28,543 bases of DNA, from the NCBI GenBank assembly GCA_048941285.1, contig JBHLNS010000042.1:1-28543 (forward strand), read 5' to 3'. A program made the translations under genes and the position numbers. Below, piece by piece: positions 26,856 to 28,543 of this stretch (position 1 is its first letter; every line of letters starts with the position of its first letter). Under the pieces are notes generated by a model. The model was not told the DNA's origin. It saw nothing but the letters and a program-made list of their open reading frames with translations, and did no database searches. The DNA comes from Promethearchaeota archaeon (lineage in GTDB: Archaea; Asgardarchaeota; Lokiarchaeia; Sigyniarchaeales; SOKP01).

Positions 26856-27728
26856 TTATTTCAAAAATTTATCTAAACCTACCTGCCCTTTTGAATATTC
26901 TCCTGATTTCTTCTTAAACTCTAAAATACTTATATCTTCTGGCAAATTTTTTGGTTCCACGCCTAATTCCTTCATCAACATCAAAGAATTCTTTGCTGCA
27001 TATCCTGAAAAATGATTATTAAAATAAATTCCAATTTTGTCAGATTTTTGAATGACCTCTCGAATTGGAGGTACCCATTTCTTTATTTCCGCTTCTGAAA
27101 AGCAATAATCAAACCAAATCTTTTTTCCATAACCATGAAACCTAACATAAGAGAATGAAGGATTTGTAACATCCATTCTTGGAGGCAATAATGGTTCAAT
27201 AACTGCGCAATACGTGAGAGACTGATCCTCCAAATACTTGAAAACCTCATCATCCATCCATGATTTATCTCTAAACTCAACAACTAAATTATAACCGTCT
27301 TCGCTAAGATTTCCCGGCCAATTGTCAACAAATTGCTTTAAATTAACGAAATGTTCATCTTTCTTAAAATAGGGTGGTAACTGAATTAAAAATGATAAAA
27401 GTTTTTTTGATTCAACTAACGGCTCCATTACTTTCAGAAAATAATTTAAATTATCTAAACATAACTCGACATCTAATTTGCTCTCATGGGTAATAGATTG
27501 GGGTATTTTTGCTGAAAATAAAAAATCAGGTGGTGTCTTGGTAACCCAATTCTCAACGATCTGCCTCGGAGGGATATTATAAAATGTAGTGTTTATCTCA
27601 TTCGTGTAAAAAATCTCAGAATAGTATAATAAATAATCCTCTTTCCTCAAACCTCTCGGATAAAAAGGACCAACCCACTCCTCATACCCCCAGCCTGATG
27701 TTCCTATTAATACTTGTCTATTTGTCAT
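26856..27728 (-). CDS. DUF72-family TIM-barrel protein
   Basis: IGTSGW.Y..W.G.FYP, EINTTFY, KIPQSITH, QLPP, VEFR..SW, YVRFHG, YFNNH. Confidence 0.95.
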   Translation of the reverse strand: MTNRQVLIGTSGWGYEEWVGPFYPRGLRKEDYLLYYSEIFYTNEINTTFYNIPPRQIVENWVTKTPPDFLFSAKIPQSITHESKLDVELCLDNLNYFLKVMEPLVESKKLLSFLIQLPPYFKKDEHFVNLKQFVDNWPGNLSEDGYNLVVEFRDKSWMDDEVFKYLEDQSLTYCAVIEPLLPPRMDVTNPSFSYVRFHGYGKKIWFDYCFSEAEIKKWVPPIREVIQKSDKIGIYFNNHFSGYAAKNSLMLMKELGVEPKNLPEDISILEFKKKSGEYSKGQVGLDKFLK

Positions 27729-27950
27729 TCGCTCCTAATCTTTTCTATTCTCAATAATTCCTTCGAAATCTTTTCCTTCGAATATTAATAATTTATGGTA
27801 TTCATAATTAAACTTTAAAAGTTACTATATTTTCTAATTTATTCTCTCCCCTACCTTGCCTTTTTTTAAAATATCATAAAATATTAACCAATTAATTCCT
27901 TATAATTCGACACCATCCTCAACCTTATAACTTTTATCAAACTAGACCAT

Positions 27951-27963
27951 AAAATTTTTAATC
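27951..27963 (+). promoter_or_regulatory. Candidate BRE/TATA element for the pre-23S rRNA transcript
   Basis: AAAA-TTTTTAAT about 25 nt before the first hairpin of the structured region; AT-rich context makes it ambiguous. Confidence 0.3.
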
Positions 27964-27985
27964 AAGGAATTATTCTAATATTTCG

Positions 27986-28379
27986 TCGATGGTAGTTTTA
28001 CCATTGATAATTATTGGTGAGAAAATATCTCATCCACATGGATGATATACACCTTTAATTAGCAAGGCCTCGTGGAAGTATATCTCATAAGGCGAAACAT
28101 GCGAGAATTTGATGGCAAAGATACAAACATGTAATAATCTCTCAGCACGGCGCATGGAATACCCTATGAATGAGATATCACAGGAAACGATACGCTGCGC
28201 TAAGCATGAAAATCATGCTCATAAGAACATACTCCCTTTATAATATTAAGTCTTCTTAATATCGTCTCAAATCGTCAGTAATGACATTAAGCAATCTTTA
28301 ATTCTTGCTTAATTGAATTATTGTCTCCGAATACGCATACCCTTATGCAAGCAATCTGAATCTTTCCTCTAGTAGATGC
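27986..28379 (+). other. Hairpin-rich non-coding region, probable 5' external transcribed spacer of pre-23S rRNA
   Basis: At least seven inverted repeats in tandem, no credible ORF, directly upstream of 23S. Confidence 0.6.
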
Positions 28380-28543
28380 CAATACGCCTCCGCTATTTGG
28401 TGGATATCTTGGCTTGGGCACCGATGAAGAGCGTGACAAGCTGCGATAAGCTCGGGTTAGTCGCATGAAGACGCTGACCCCGAGATTCTCGAATAGGACA
28501 TCCGCTTGCGGCCCAATAATCCGCAAGATTCCCGGCAGGGAAG
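28380..28543 (+). rRNA. rrl: 23S rRNA, 5' end (partial; exact 5' terminus approximate)
   Basis: TGGTGGAT..CTTGGC...CCGATGAAG..CGTG.CAAGCTGCGATAAGC...CGAAT.GGAC.TCC matches conserved 5' helices of archaeal 23S; local rise in GC content. Confidence 0.93.

Noticed and set aside
2176-27283. Shadow ORFs (2176-2376, 3490-3915, 4012-4197, 7327-7650, 8655-8888, 11592-11831, 12684-12890, 13741-13929, 14950-15180, 15680-15862, 18069-18614, 19585-19815, 22371-22829, 24724-24990, 26046-26363, 27083-27283)
   Set aside because: Lie within or almost wholly within well-supported genes, antisense or out of frame, with no recognisable motifs.
27758-27782. Direct repeat TTCCTTCGAA x2 upstream of DUF72
   Set aside because: Only two 10-nt copies with a 5-nt gap; not CRISPR-like and no other support.
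28015-28230. RNase P RNA or SRP RNA (CACAGGAAACGA resembles an RNase P conserved element)
   Set aside because: Could not find the P4 signatures (GAGGAAAGTCC-like and terminal AACAGAA..GGCTTA) or a convincing SRP helix 8; an Rfam scan would settle it.
28287-28526. 79 aa minus-strand ORF
   Set aside because: Antisense to the 23S rRNA 5' end and its leader.
1-28543. Selenoprotein readthrough, CRISPR arrays, transposases, integrated element at the tRNAs
   Set aside because: Recognised proteins look full length without TGA readthrough; no repeat-spacer array, integrase, transposase or duplicated tRNA 3' end was seen by eye.

Overview
AT-rich archaeal housekeeping region, most likely from an Asgard archaeon (Lokiarchaeia-like), inferred from a Loki-type profilin, a RING-finger protein, a PAC4-like chaperone and eukaryote-like RPA32/GET3 alongside archaeal core genes. 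It carries about 32 protein genes: cofactor synthesis (MfnB, HisA-like, pantoate kinase, phosphopantothenate synthetase, ketopantoate reductase), PyrH, TFB, Rpo12 (missed by the ORF track), PAC2, FtsZ, a ribosome-biogenesis/initiation cluster (RPA32-like, aIF2-beta, DUF424, NMD3, Rio1, Dim2), site-2 protease, tRNA thiolase, GET3/ArsA, aRF1, Ard1-like acetyltransferase and DUF72. RNA genes: tRNA-Leu(CAA) split by two introns around a 5-nt exon carrying the anticodon, an intron-containing initiator tRNA-Met, and the 5' end of a 23S rRNA with no 16S upstream, preceded by about 400 nt of hairpin-rich sequence. No mobile element, CRISPR array or defence island was seen, and I found no clear-cut new multi-gene system. 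Best leads: the two-domain profilin, the double-intron tRNA, the structured leader of the unlinked 23S, a PIP box on DUF72, and a LysA-like enzyme lacking the conserved Cys. All protein calls are from motif recognition by eye; no searches were run.
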